From Nemertoderma westbladi (taxonomy: Eukaryota > Animalia > Xenacoelomorpha): a stretch of DNA of 64,000 bases. The translations under genes were made by a program, and so were the position numbers. Below the pieces are notes generated by a model that saw only the letters and a list, made by a program, of their open reading frames with translations, made no database searches and was not told the DNA's origin. Below, in pieces: positions 23,801-37,400 of the stretch (positions are counted from its first letter, which is position 1; every line of letters starts with the position of its first letter). The DNA is taken from NCBI GenBank assembly GCA_032718475.1, contig JAUCBJ010002610.1:1-64000 (forward strand), written 5' to 3'.

Positions 23801-26800
23801 GGTTAAGGTAATTTAATATGCGTCGATTTTTACTCAAGATTTTATGAAATAACGGAATAAATGTATATTAATTATTATGGAGGCCTACTGTAGATATTGT
23901 ACAGTATGTCTTTTACAAACAGAAAAAAATTGACGGAATAATAATAATTAATTCACAAAAAATAAGTATTGCGAAACTTCTATGTGCAAAAAATATTCAC
24001 AATCTAATAAAAGTTAGTAGTTATTCAATTCTTCTCACTTATTGCCAGCTTTAAGATTGTCCTGTAGCATCCTGTGCAGCGAGCCACTCACTATATGAGC
24101 GAAACCTTAGCGTGCTGTCTGTTTTTGGGTTAAAAATGTTCCCTACCGCAGGGAACATTTTAGGGGTCTGTCGGTCGGTCTGTCAGTTTGTCTGCAAAAG
24201 TTTGAACATAACAAAAAGCTTTCACTTGACTGTCACTGCCTTACACGACTTGCTCCAAGGGCCGCTAGGCCAGTTTCTAGTTATTACGTAACTAAAGAAC
24301 CGCTTAACTACATAAACCATTATTGGATATTGAGTTCTGTTTTGGAGTACGCCGCGTAGACACTAAAGTTACAATAACTTTTTGGGATGGATTTTGCTCA
24401 AATTACGTGCAAACCTTTTCTACGTCGATGCTCTTTCACCCCATGTAATAAAAATCATTGCAATCCTATGGGTTACTTTATTCCCTAGGAATAAAGTGAA
24501 ACTTTTTCTCAGATTTTGAGGTATATTCAAGCGAAAAAAGTTACAATTTAAGAATAAAACTTTTCTTATTTCAAATTAAAATGAAATGGCGATTTGACCA
24601 AAAACTGAGAGATGATAGCGCAAAGACAAATAAGGTACGTATACGAAACTATATTTCGTTGTCCTACAGAAATTTGGCATTTGTAATGCCAAAAAATAAA
24701 GGGGGGGGGGGGGGGGGGGGGTTTGGCGAGGGGGGGTTGTTTCTATATCGAAATTTATCATTTTTGTTTAAATATTAATAAGAGTAGATTTACTAATAAT
24801 ATTAATTGTATTTATAGAGCACACTATACATGATGATCTAGGCGCTAACGCACTGTAAAAATCAATCTATTATAGATCATTACATTATAAAATGAGCTTT
24901 TAAAAATAATGCATATGAAATAAAAATGAATGTTAAAATCGAATTTGATATAATCTAATCATGGCAGTCCTCAATCAATCGAGCCTCTTTATGAGGATTC
25001 CAAATCTGAAAATCGCTTAGCAAGATCTCTTTTACTTCTCGAGATAAGGATTTCTGTCCGCTTAACTGTCGGGCTATCCGTCCAAACTAAACTAGATAAC
25101 TTATGGATTGTAGAGTTCATGACAGTAATACACCAAAATACACCATGCCCCGGGATATACCGTCGTAATTTAGTGACATGGAGAGCCCCCCCGCCCTCAC
25201 CCAAAAAAAAAAATTTCCACATATCTTAATGAGCTTGCATGAAATTACACTCCCCTCCTCCTTACTGGGTGAATCAGAACATAATTATTATTTTGCTTTC
25301 ATTCTCTAGCTAGAAAAGCGTTTGAAAAAGGTGTCCCCGTCGATATTGCACCAGTTACACCGCAGTTATTCCTCAATATTATAAATAAGGTTGTGTTGGC
25401 ACTAATGGGAAGCTGTCCCTACAAGGATTCCAAATATGTAACACAATCTGAATTTCGTAGAACAATAGCTGAGATATGGGCGAGCGAAAGTTGCATGTGT
25501 TTGCTTCCGCTGAAGGCCATTTATTTTATTTAATCTGCCCATCATATTCTAGAAAATTTAGTTCATGTATGAATATCTCAGTACTGGAATTATTATATAG
25601 GCAATGCATTGTTGCTGATGTAAAATTTGATGGTGATTCCGAATCTGAAATCAGCTTTTCGAAAGTTGTGTCGTTCTCCAGTTGTCAACTCTTGAAATTT
25701 TCACCCAAAATTTGAAAATTTTTAATTTTGGTGCAGCACCACATTTGACACCAAAATCTCAAAAGAAAATCATTTTTGAAAAATTTTAAAAAAATTTCAC
25801 TTTTGGTACCGGAACATGTTTGGTCAGGTAATCAGGATGAAATTTAAATGTAATTTTCTCGCGTTGGCAGTTTTTGGGACACTTTCTATATCTACTTTTT
25901 AACTACTCAACCGATTTTCGTTCTAGTCGCAGAATATGTAGAGGAATATTCCGCGCAAAATTTGTGTTGACATAATTTTGAAATTTTGCTTCAAAAAAAG
26001 GTTACGGCATTTTTCGTTTCAAAAATACCGAAAAATCGAAAAAGAATCCAAAATTTCGCGATTTTTTATACAAAAAATGCCATAACTTTTTTGAAACAAA
26101 ATTTCAAAATTCTGTCAACACAATTTTTGCGCGGAATATTCCTCTACATAATTCTGCAAACAGAACGAAAATCGGTTGAGTAGTTAAAAAGTAGATCGAG
26201 AAAGTGTCCCAAAAAAGCCAACGCGAGAAAAGTGACATTTAAACTTCCTCCTGATTACAACTGACCAAACATGCAACAAAAGTGAAAAGTTTTAAAAAAT
26301 TTCAAAAATTATCTTATTTTTGGTTTTGATACCTATAGGCTAATTTTCGGCGCTGATTCCGAAAATGGCAAAATATTTCGAAATGTCTGGGTGTTTATTG
26401 TCTTTTTTGGTGTTAATGTTAAATGTGGTGCTGCACCAAAATTAATAATTTCCAAATTTTGGGTGAAAATTACAAAAGTTGACATGACTCGGAAAACAAA
26501 ATAACTTATCGAAAAACTGATTTCAGATTCGGAATCACCATAAAATTTTACATCGGAAAACACATTAAAAAAATCTGATGAAAAAAAGACTCGGGGTGAA
26601 CCCCACCCCCCCCCCCCCCCCCTAAACATGCTACTCCTTTGTTATGCTTTATTTTCAGAAGTACTCAAAAAAGTTTTTTCAGAAGATGATTGGCCGATTA
26701 CGTGAAAAAAATCTAGCAGAATTTTTGTTTTGTACTTTTCAAGGAAAATACCGATATTTTCCAAAATTATTTTCAGATTTTCAGATTTTTTTCGTAAAAA

Positions 26801-28406
26801 ATTCTATAACAGATGAATAATTGCAAAACTAAAGAAAATACCTGAGGAACTATAATTTTATCATGCGCATGTGCACACTACTAGCTTTCATTTGATACCA
26901 AAAAACTTACAAATTAGTTGAAAAATAGCGTAGGAGAATTAATTGATTTAAAAATGAAAAAATACAATTCTGAGATAATCGCCCATAAATTTTAAATTTT
27001 AAATGGTTTCGAAGTCGCAATCGCATTATAACTTGTTAAAAATATTTTCTGGTAAAGCGACCATTTTTTGGTGAATATTTATTATTATTTATTTATTATA
27101 TTATTTGGCAAAAAATTTCAAACTGTAAAATATTGTCTCTTGTTGGATAAAAACCCTAAAGGTATAGGGGTTTTCGAGGTCGCTGATCACTAGGAAACTA
27201 GTCAAAAATATTTTTGTTAATGCATCCATCATTTTTGGTGCTATTCTGCTGGGACAAAAATACTGTAGCAAAAATACTGGTAGCTTTTGCCTTTGATTAG
27301 GCAATTTTGAGGCTACACGCCCCGGGCCAAATAGGGACAATTTAATATATTTATTATTCTTACAGTATAGAATTACAGATTACGGTTATTCCGGCATCTG
27401 ATTTCCTAATTTACCCGGTGTGGATGTACCTGGGGTGTAGTGTATTTGTATATATTAGGGATGTGGCGAATGTCCGCATCCGCATCCGCGGATATCCGCA
27501 TGATTTTTCGCATCCGCACCCATGGTATGCGGATGTGACATGCGGATGTTACATGCACTATTCAAGCATCCTGCCTGAAGGCCCAGCAACCACTCAATTA
27601 AATTTTCAATAATAATTACTTTTTCCCTTATGAAATTTTTTTATTTTATCTTAAAACTATCAAAGTATAAGATATCAAAATGTCAAAACTGACATCGGAA
27701 ATGAGTTCGCCGACCTGGAAAACCCCCATAGGCAAATTTTGGTGAGGTCAAATGATTTTGTTTATTTTTTGACCGACAAACAGACCGACAAACAGACAGA
27801 CAAAAAGACAGTTTCTGTAAGAGGAGCAACCTTAGAAGTTCGATTTTGTGTACCAGTGTGTGTGTAGGTGGGGGTTGGGGGGGGGGGGGGGGGGGGGGGT
27901 GTACACGTACATTGTTGTACACTATACAGTATACACTAACACTCGACGGGAACAATATAAAAAATGTTTGTTGTATTTATTGTTTAGTTATATTATGTCC
28001 CATTCTGTTCTATAACCTTAGACTCTTGTTAGTTTATTAATATAAGATTAGAATATAATATTAAAATGCTGGTATAACCTTGATGTAAAAGGGAGGCCAG
28101 GCAAAAATATATATGTTTTAATAGACATCCGCATCCGTGCGGATGTCACTTCAGACATCTGCATCCGCGGATGTTAAAAATATGACATTCGCAACATCCC
28201 TAGTATATATAATATTAATTGTAATGGTATAACCATGTCTTGCTATTTTACTGTGTTTTTATAGTCCTAAATTTCTTTAAGGGGCGCAATAAATAAATAA
28301 TTGATTGTTTCTCTAGTTTCTTTGATTTCAATCCTTTACACATATTTAGTGATTGTAGCATAGACCCTGGGGTGGCACAACAATTTGGAAATTTCTCGAA
28401 GAGATA

Positions 28407-28443
<37 letters not shown>

Positions 28444-31400
28444 ACAAGAAAACGAATTGACAAATCGTGAAAAATGTTTGGTTGATGTCTACCGCAAAGC
28501 CACCAAAGTTACAATCGGGATCAGTGGTTAGGTCGTGTTGGACTTTTTATAGATGTTAGAAGCGCATTTCGTTGATTTAGTGGGGGGCCGGTGGGGCTAG
28601 GTGAAACAAAAACTGTAAAAAAAAGTTAATATGCTTAGCATTCTAATATGTTAGCATGCCATTTTTATCTCAAATTATTGTGACAAAAAAATCGGCCCCA
28701 TTGGAACTGCAATGGTTGATTTATTTGAACAAAAGAGAGAGAGAGAGGAGTGATAGACCTGTTTACTCCCACAGAATCCAGTTCCTTCCCCGCATTGTCC
28801 CAATCCATCCAAATGCTGTCCCAGGTTACCACCACATTGTCCAGCCCCTTCTCACTCAATGTCCCAGTCCATCCCCATGCTGTCCCATGTTACTTCCACA
28901 TTGTCCAGTCCCTTCCCCGCATTGTCTCAGTCACTCCCCATGCTGTCCCCGGGTACTCCAACGGCGCTCCCACCCACTCCCATGGTGTCCCTGTCCAATC
29001 CCTTCCCCGCATTGTCCCAGTCCAGTCCCCAGGGGTCGCGAGTTGGTTCCACAGTGCCCCCACACCCAGGGATCATCATCGACTCAGTGCTGGTACGCGG
29101 ACGACGCCTCGGCGGCAGGGAGTCTGCGTGGAGTTGCACAGTGTTGGTCCGACCTGCAGCTAAAAGGTTCCCAAATCGGCTACTTCCCCGAACCGACCAA
29201 AACTTACCTGGTAATAAAGCCAGGGCTGGAGGCAGAAGCCCGGGAAAGGTTCGATGGGAGTGGCGTCCAGATAGTCTCCGGACACCGGTTCCTGGGGGGA
29301 TATATCGGCGATGCCGAGGGACGGAAGCAGTTTGTGTCGGACAAGGTTGCGGGGTGGGTGGGACATATAGACAAACTCTCGGAGGTTGCCATGGAGTACC
29401 CCCAGACTGCTCACACAGGGATGTCCAAGTGTGTGCAGGCTGAATGGGACTTTCTAATGCGGGTAGTCCCAACGGATGTTGAGGATTTCGCTCCTATCCG
29501 GACCGCGCTGCTGCGTCAGTATATCCCCTCCCTGTTCGGTATCCCATTGGGCCCCTCGGACGAGGACTTGGTCCTCCTGCCTGTTCGCCATGGTGGGATC
29601 GGGTTGCAGGACCCCCTAATGCGGTTTGGCCATGCCCGTGCTGCGTCCACCGAGGGGACTTCTCTTGTGGTTGAAGCAATCCAGTCTGGTCTGCCGCTTC
29701 ACGTGGCCGACCACACTGTGCGGCTGCGTAAAGTCCTCACCGAGTCGCGGGCCACCCAGGATACCGCGTATAAGGAGAAACTGGAGGCCGCACTAGGGGC
29801 GCTACCAGCCGAGCGTCGGCGAACCGCGGAGCGGACGACGCGGAACAAGACGCGGGGGGCTGGTTATCGGCCCAGCCGTCTGTGCTGGACAACACAGACT
29901 TGGGGCCTGACGAGTTCCGGGACAACCTCGCCCTTCGTTATGGTCTCACCCCACCCCGCCGGGTCTACCAGTTAAGTGCGAGGGGCGCGGGGGCCCATTC
30001 AGCACCTCCCACGCACTGAGCTGCAAATCCGGGGGCCTAATCATCAAACGTCATGACGAGGTTGGCCAGGTGTTTGGCGACCTCTTGGCCTCGGCTTTCG
30101 GCCAGTCAAGTGTCGAGCGTGAGGTGACCCTCTCCCAAGGACACATCGACAGACAGGGGCGGGAGATCGGGGGGGTAAGGGCAGACCTGGTTGCCCGGGG
30201 GGTCTGGACCAACCAACGAGTGGCGTCGTTTGACATTGCGATAATCAACGCTGACGCCACCTCGTACGTCCAGGCCAACCGGTCGACCGAGTCCCTCTTG
30301 GAGCAGCGGGCCCGGCTGAAACACGCCCATTACCGGACCGTCTGTGAAGACCGGAGGATGTCCTTTACCCCACTGGTCGGTACAACCGACGGCGTATGGT
30401 GCAATGAGGCAGAGATTCTCATTCGCCATCTGGCCGAGACCCTTGTCTCGAGACAAGCTGGGATGGCCGAGAGGGGCCTTGCCTGTGTGCAGGGTGGAGT
30501 TCGCCGGAGGATTCAATTCGCCCTCCTCCGATCGAATTCTCTCTGCCTCAGAGGTGGTCGACGGTCTTGGCGCGGGTCGGGCTTTGGGGATGGGGCAGGT
30601 CTGCGGGGGTTCGATCTGACTTGGCTACCCAATACTGAGTTTTATTGTCCTCGTCCTGCCAACGTGTGTATAACATTGTATGTATAGTTATACAGTAGGT
30701 TTGTTAACTGATACTAGCCATTGTGCGCTATAATTTGATCAAAATATATTATATTGATAATTCATATCGATTGATCAATACATACGAAAATAAAAATGGG
30801 ACTACCAATGTTTAAGACCATACTTTTTCAGCTTTTTACAAGCCAAGTTCTTCTGCTCAGAAGCATACTCAGTACTCACCCTCATTGAAGATGTAGACTT
30901 TTAGTTCTAGTGATGGTAAGTGACGCATTCTGGTCTCATTGGATCCCCAGAATGCATTGCGATGATGACCACAAGGCCTTGGCTTGCAATAGGTAATATA
31001 ATATAGACCGTAACTGCAGTAATGAGTTACTCTTACTTAACAGATCGATTTCTTCCTATATAGTCCAATTAAATAGACCACTGCGCTGCCGTGTTAAGGC
31101 AAAACACCCTATCTTGAGAAATGTCATTTTGAGAAAATCACGATTTAGTTTGATAGATTGTCCACGCTTAGAATATTTGATACGTAACTCAGCAATGGTC
31201 CCCAAGGTGGTAAAAAATGCGCAGAATTTTTGTGGTATATACCTAGAAGTACTTTAAACACTAGATGGCGCCAAAATAATAGGTAGGGTGTTTTGCCAAA
31301 AATATTTTTGATAGAATCCGACCTGTCATTACCCTATCTCACACATAGGGTATTATTTGATAGATAGGGTAAATATGTTATTGAACTAATAGTACTGTGG

Positions 31401-34400
31401 TGTTACACACAATTTGAGACAATTTATTTTCTTAATAACTCAGTTCCATTTAAAGCAAATTTATTCTTCAAGGCGACATATGAAAGCCAGATTATTAATT
31501 AAAACAGTTAAAACAATTAATATACAACCAGTAAATTAGACAAATGTTTCTTGACTAATGTATTTGTGAGTTAGTTATCTTTACTGCGGCTCAGCTCGTT
31601 CCAAAACTTCATTCTATTCGGAGGAATAATCGATCCTAGACGTCGTATTAATTCTTCTAGTCTGTCAGCAGGTACACCTTTAGGTTCCTTTAAGAAATTG
31701 GGAACTAGGAAGCTTGCGTTTCTCTTCATAATATCACCTGCTACTATCCAATTAGCATCACTGTTGTAGTTCACCTTATACTTCATCAAACGTAAACCTT
31801 TCTCGAATCGCAATGCTACAATTGACTTTAATAGCGGAAACGTACCCATTTCTCGACACTTGTTAAGTTTATAAGTAGAAGTTTCATTGGTCCAATCGTG
31901 AACGTCACTGTGGTTGACAATCATCACCTCTGATTTATAATTGGCGGCTTTCTTAACACACTTAGCAAAGTCTTGGAAATCGTAAACTTTCTTCATAGCC
32001 TTTATTTCTTTATTGACAAGTCTATGCAGGTTGTCTGCAGACATGGAAGAGTGGTGTGGCTCGAAATACCATAATTCGACAGCATCCTGTCCCATGAATT
32101 GAATCAATGTAAGAAGGCATGAGAAGAGTGTGTAATTTTTGTTTTGGGCTCCGCAATTGTCCAACCAAATCTTCACCAACTTCTTATCGCGCACTGAATT
32201 CAGAAAATAAAAGAATGTGGAAGCTATATCTTCGTCGTTACGACCATGTTCCCCATCGTGCCATATGGCGCAAAATACATCCTCATTAATTCGGTGCTTT
32301 CCGAGGGGAACGAAAGATTCGTGAAAAGCCACGATTCGCCGCAGGAACTGTACATCTTTAAACATCTCAAGTACAGGCAACATTATTACTTTCTGTAAAT
32401 CAGCAGAAACTATGGTCATTGATTCATCCCTTTGTATCTCAGCATCCCTCTGATAGCAATCCCTGGAGCGCTGGAGGCAACGGCACGGTCACAATGGGCT
32501 TGATGTTCAGCACAAATATCACATACAGATCCTTCAGAACTCGTGGCTGCAGTTGATGCACATGCATGTAGAGAATATGCTTCGCATTTAATACATTCTT
32601 CATGTCCCAATTGTGCGAAAGATATATTCATAGATCTGAATACTTGACAGTATTTTTGGTATTCAACAGGATGTTCGGGGTGCTTCATATTGCAATCTTC
32701 ATTAAGGGCAACTAATGTAAATTCCGAAGGTAAGTATCGTCTATTTGGTGCATGCTCATATCGATAATGAGCTATTTCAGGCTGGTATGATTCTATATGC
32801 GCTTTAATAGGGGCATCAGAAATTTTATTGGCGGGTTCGTGTCGGCCGCGGGTATCTTTATGAGGAACTACATCGCTTACAGATCCCCTCAATGCCGTCT
32901 TTATTGGTTGATTGTTACTTGCTTTATACCCCAGTGTTGTCAAAATAAATTTTTGACAAACTTGACTCCGATCACCAGCTTCACTTGTGAGAAAATATTT
33001 ACAAATCTTCTTTTTACGTTTTTGTGTAGCTGGAATAGATTGTTCTATTGAAGATAGCAGAAATTGGTTTCTTTGACTAGGTCCCATTGACCAAAAACTA
33101 TCTCTTAAATACTGACGTCGATCTTCCCCAATACTTAATTTGCAACGAAGTTGACACATCACTACATACCGATGCTTTAATTATATGTATCTCTCCTTTC
33201 CTTAACATTTGTTCTTTCTCCGTTCTCGCCCGAGGCTTTATAGGTGGTCTTTGACGTTTCTTCTTGTTCACTGGACGTATTTGATCTTCAGCAGATGCAT
33301 CAGTAGTGTCTTCGGTAGTATCCTCAGAAACATTACCTGACAGTGGAAGCCATTCCTCTTCTATATCTTCCTCAGAGCTATTGGACTGAATTTGGTTGGT
33401 GTTTGTCTCTATTTCAGGTGACATTTGGCCGTGACTCGGAACATTTAAAGATGGTCTGATTTCTATATCGAGCATCTCCACATTATCTGTATTACTGGTA
33501 TAATAAAATAAACTATTCAGTATATCTTCAGCACTTTCCAAGTTACTCTGGGTCGTTCCAAGTTCGACCGATTCACCCTGCACCGTTCCAAGTTCGACCG
33601 ATTCACCCTGCACCGTTTCAAGTTCGACCGATTCACCCTGCACCGTTCCAAGTTCGACCGATTCACCCTGCACCGTTCCAAGTTCGACTGAGTCACCCTG
33701 GGCCGTTCCAACTTCGACCGAGTCACCCTGGGCCATTCCGAGTTCGACCGAATCACCCTGGGCCATTCTAAGTTCGACCGAGTCACCCTGGGCCATTCCG
33801 AGTTCGACCGAATCACCCTGGGCCGTTCCAACTTCGACCAAATCACCCTGGGCCATCCCAAGTTCGACCGAATCACCCTGGGCCGTTCCAACTTCGACCA
33901 AATCACCCTGGGCCATCCCAAGTTCGACCGAGTCACCCTGGGCCATTCCGAGTTCGACCGAATCACCCTGGGCCATTCTAAGTTCGACCGAGTCACCCTG
34001 GGCCATTCCAAGTTCGACTGAGTCACCCTGGGCCATTCCGAGTTCGACCAAGTCACCCTGGGCCATTCCAAGTTCGACCGATTCACCCTGCACCGTTTCA
34101 AGTTCGACCGATTCACCCTGCACCGTTCCAAGTTCGACTGAGTCACCCTGGGCCGTTCCAAGTTCGACCGAATCACCCTGGGCCATTCCAAGTTCGACCG
34201 AGTCACCCTGTGCCATTCCAAGTTCGACCGAGTCAGCCTGGAGCGTTTCGACCGAGTCACCCTGGGCCATTCCGAGTTCGACCGAGTCACCCTGGGCCAT
34301 TCCGAGTTCACCCTGGGCCATTCTGAGTTCGACCGAATCACCCTGGGCCATTCCAAGTTCGACTGAGTCACCCTGGGCCATTCCAAGTTCGACCGAGTCA

Positions 34401-37400
34401 CCCTGGGCCATTCCAAGTTCGACCGAGTCAGCCTGGAGCGTTTCGACCGAGTCACCCTGGGCCATTCCGAGTTCGACCGAGTCACCCTGGGCCATCCTTT
34501 TGGGGTAGGATCTTGTAACTGGTATGTTCCTTTTTTTCCTTCTCCTGTGCCGATTTGACTCAAATCCCATAAAAACTTCCCCATCATCGTCGTCACTCTC
34601 GTTGTGCTCAAAATACATGCTGAATAAACTCCGACTTTAAAACTATAATATATTTATATATAACTATTTATACCATAACCATAAATACTATTAATTTAGT
34701 TTAAAGCTAATAATATGCTTTGATATTATGGCATTTTATTCTAGGTCTAGTTCATTGACGGTGTTTGCAAATTTGTGCTCGCTTCGCTAGCGTTATTCGT
34801 TCTATTTGACCTACTCTATTACCTACATCTATACGTTATTACGCCGAAAATTTGTGTCGGTGAAGCACAGATTTTTTGCTTAGGTCAAGTGTTGAAGAGC
34901 AATTCCAGGGCAGTATGCCATAATTTGAAATCTGGCAAAATACCCTATCTATACCAAAAGGGTGTTGTTCATTTCAAATTTCCCTCTTTATGTACTTAGT
35001 TCGAAATTACAGTCATTATGAGGCTCAATATTATAACTATTATAATGGCATTGACAGCGGCGACCTTATTCTTTCCTTAGACTCCGTTAACCCTATATTA
35101 AGATGTAAATACCCTATCTCATTTATATTGATATAGGTTATTGTAAAATGCCCAAATATTTTTAGGCAATATACCCTATCTGTTCCAGCTCGCGATAGGG
35201 TGTTTTGCCTTAACATAAAGGACAAATAGGTGTTTTATAGGGTATTTTGCCACCTGAAAACTCTATTTTGCGCTCTGAAACAGCCTTATCGTTCTATACT
35301 GTTAGATAGAGCGTAAAATTTTATGTGGATTTGTAAAATAAAAAAAAATTTATATTTTTTGAGATAGGGTGTTTTGCCTTAACACGGCAGTGCGGTTCCA
35401 ATGAGATAAAAGAAACCGCAGATACACGACACAAAGTAAAAGCTTACCTACACTACTAAGAATTAAGTACAGTTCGATAACATCGCAAAACATTATAATA
35501 TTTAATATTTTTAATTGTTAATAATAAATTTAAGAAAATAACACGCATCTCAGTCTCACAAATATTAACTTTTTTTTTACAGTTTTAGTCTTACCTACCG
35601 GCTACCCCCACTAAATCAAATCTGAATATGTTACTAACTCACCCTCCTATCCCTCTAGGAACCCAAATCAGTTAGTAACTCACTCTCGTATCCCTCTAGG
35701 TACCCAAATCAGTTAGTAACTCACCCTCATATCTCTTTAGGAACCCAAATCAGTTAATAACTCACCCTCGTATCTCTCTAGGAACCCAAATCAGTTACTA
35801 ACTCACCCTCCTATCCCTCTAGGAACCCAAATCAGTTACTAACTCACCCTCCTATCCCTCTAGGAACCCAAATAAGTTAGTTACTCACCCTCCTATCTCT
35901 CTAGGAACCCAAATCAGTTAGTTACTCACCCTCCTATCTCTCTAGGAACCCAAATCAGTTAGTAACTCACCCTGTTATCTCTCTAAACCCAAATCAGTTA
36001 CTAACTCACCCTCCTATCCCTCTAGGAACCCAAATCAGTTAGTAACTCACCCTCCTATCTCTCTAGGAACCCAAATCAGTTAGTAACTCACCCTGTTATC
36101 TCTCTAAACCCAAATCAGTTACTAACTCACCCTCCTATCCCTCTAGGAACCCAAATCAGTTAGTAACTCACCCTCCTATCCCTCTAGGAACCCAAACCAG
36201 TTAGTAACTCACCCTCCTATCTCTCTAGGAACCCAAACCAGTTAGTAACTCACCCTCCTATCTCTCTAGGAACCCAAATCAGTTAGTAACTCACCCTCCT
36301 ATCTCTCTAGGAACCCAAATCAGTTAGTAACTCACCCTCCTATCCCTCTAGGAACCCAAACCAGTTAGTAACTCACCCTCCTATCTCTCTAGGAACCCAA
36401 ATCAGTTAATAACTCACCCTCGTATCTCTCTAGGAACCCAAATCAGTTACTAACTCATCCTCCTATCCCTCTAGGAACCCAAACCAGTTAGTAACTCACC
36501 CTCCTATCTCTCTAGGAACCCAAATAAGTTAGTAACTCACCCTCCTATCTCTCTAGGAACCCAAATCAGTTAGTAACTCACCCTCCTATCCCTCTAGGAA
36601 CCCAAATCAGTTAGTAACTCACCCTCCTATCCCTCTAGGAACCCAAATCAGTTAGTAACTCACCCTCCTATCCCTCTAGGAATCCAAATCAGTTAGTAAC
36701 TCACCCTCCTATCTCTCTAGGAACCCAAATCAGTTAGTAACTCACCCTCATATCTCTCTAGGAACCCAAATCAGTTGTAGTAACTCACCCTCATATCTCT
36801 CTAGGAACCCAAATAAGTTAGTAACTCACCCTCCTATCCCTCTAAGCACCCAAATCAGTTAGTAACTCACCCTCATATCTCTCTAGGAACCCAAATCAGT
36901 TGTAGTAACTCACCCTCATATCTCTCTAGGAACCCAAATAAGTTAGTAACTCACCCTCCTATCTCTCTAGGAACCCAAATAAGTTAGTAACTCACCCTCC
37001 TATCTCTCTAGGAACCCAAATCAGTTGTAGTAACTCACCCTCATATCACTCTAGGAACCCAAATCAGTTAGTAACTCACCCTCCTATCCCTCTAGGAATC
37101 CAAATCAGTTAGTAACTCACCCTCCTATCTCTCTAGGAACCCAAATCAGTTAGTAACTCACCCTCATATCTCTCTAGGAACCCAAATCAGTTGTAGTAAC
37201 TCACCCTCATATCTCTCTAGGAACCCAAATAAGTTAGTAACTCACCCTCCTATCCCTCTAAGCACCCAAATCAGTTAGTAACTCACCCTCATATCTCTCT
37301 AGGAACCCAAATCAGTTGTAGTAACTCACCCTCATATCTCTCTAGGAACCCAAATAAGTTAGTAACTCACCCTCCTATCTCTCTAGGAACCCAAATAAGT

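Larger units (their letters stand above)
31086..35390 (-). mobile_element. Full-length Sola1-like DNA transposon, 4305 bp
   Basis: TIRs CTGCCGTGTTAAGGCAAAACACCCTATCT at both ends; 4-bp TSD TGCG (31082-31085, 35391-35394); subterminal ACCCTATCT repeats; encodes a DDD-type transposase. The superfamily is inferred from motifs and TSD length. Confidence 0.85.

Noticed and set aside
33517-34611. 364-aa alternative-frame ORF (WPRVTRSNLE repeats) and 60273-60677 overlapping ORF
   Set aside because: Shadow frames of the repeat or main ORF, with no independent evidence.
35595-35621. 27-nt frame-preserving candidate exon (CAG...TAG|GTAAGA) at the distal end of the satellite
   Set aside because: It would interrupt the conserved SGIGGGGF motif, and the sequence matches a dispersed repeat also present at 28572.
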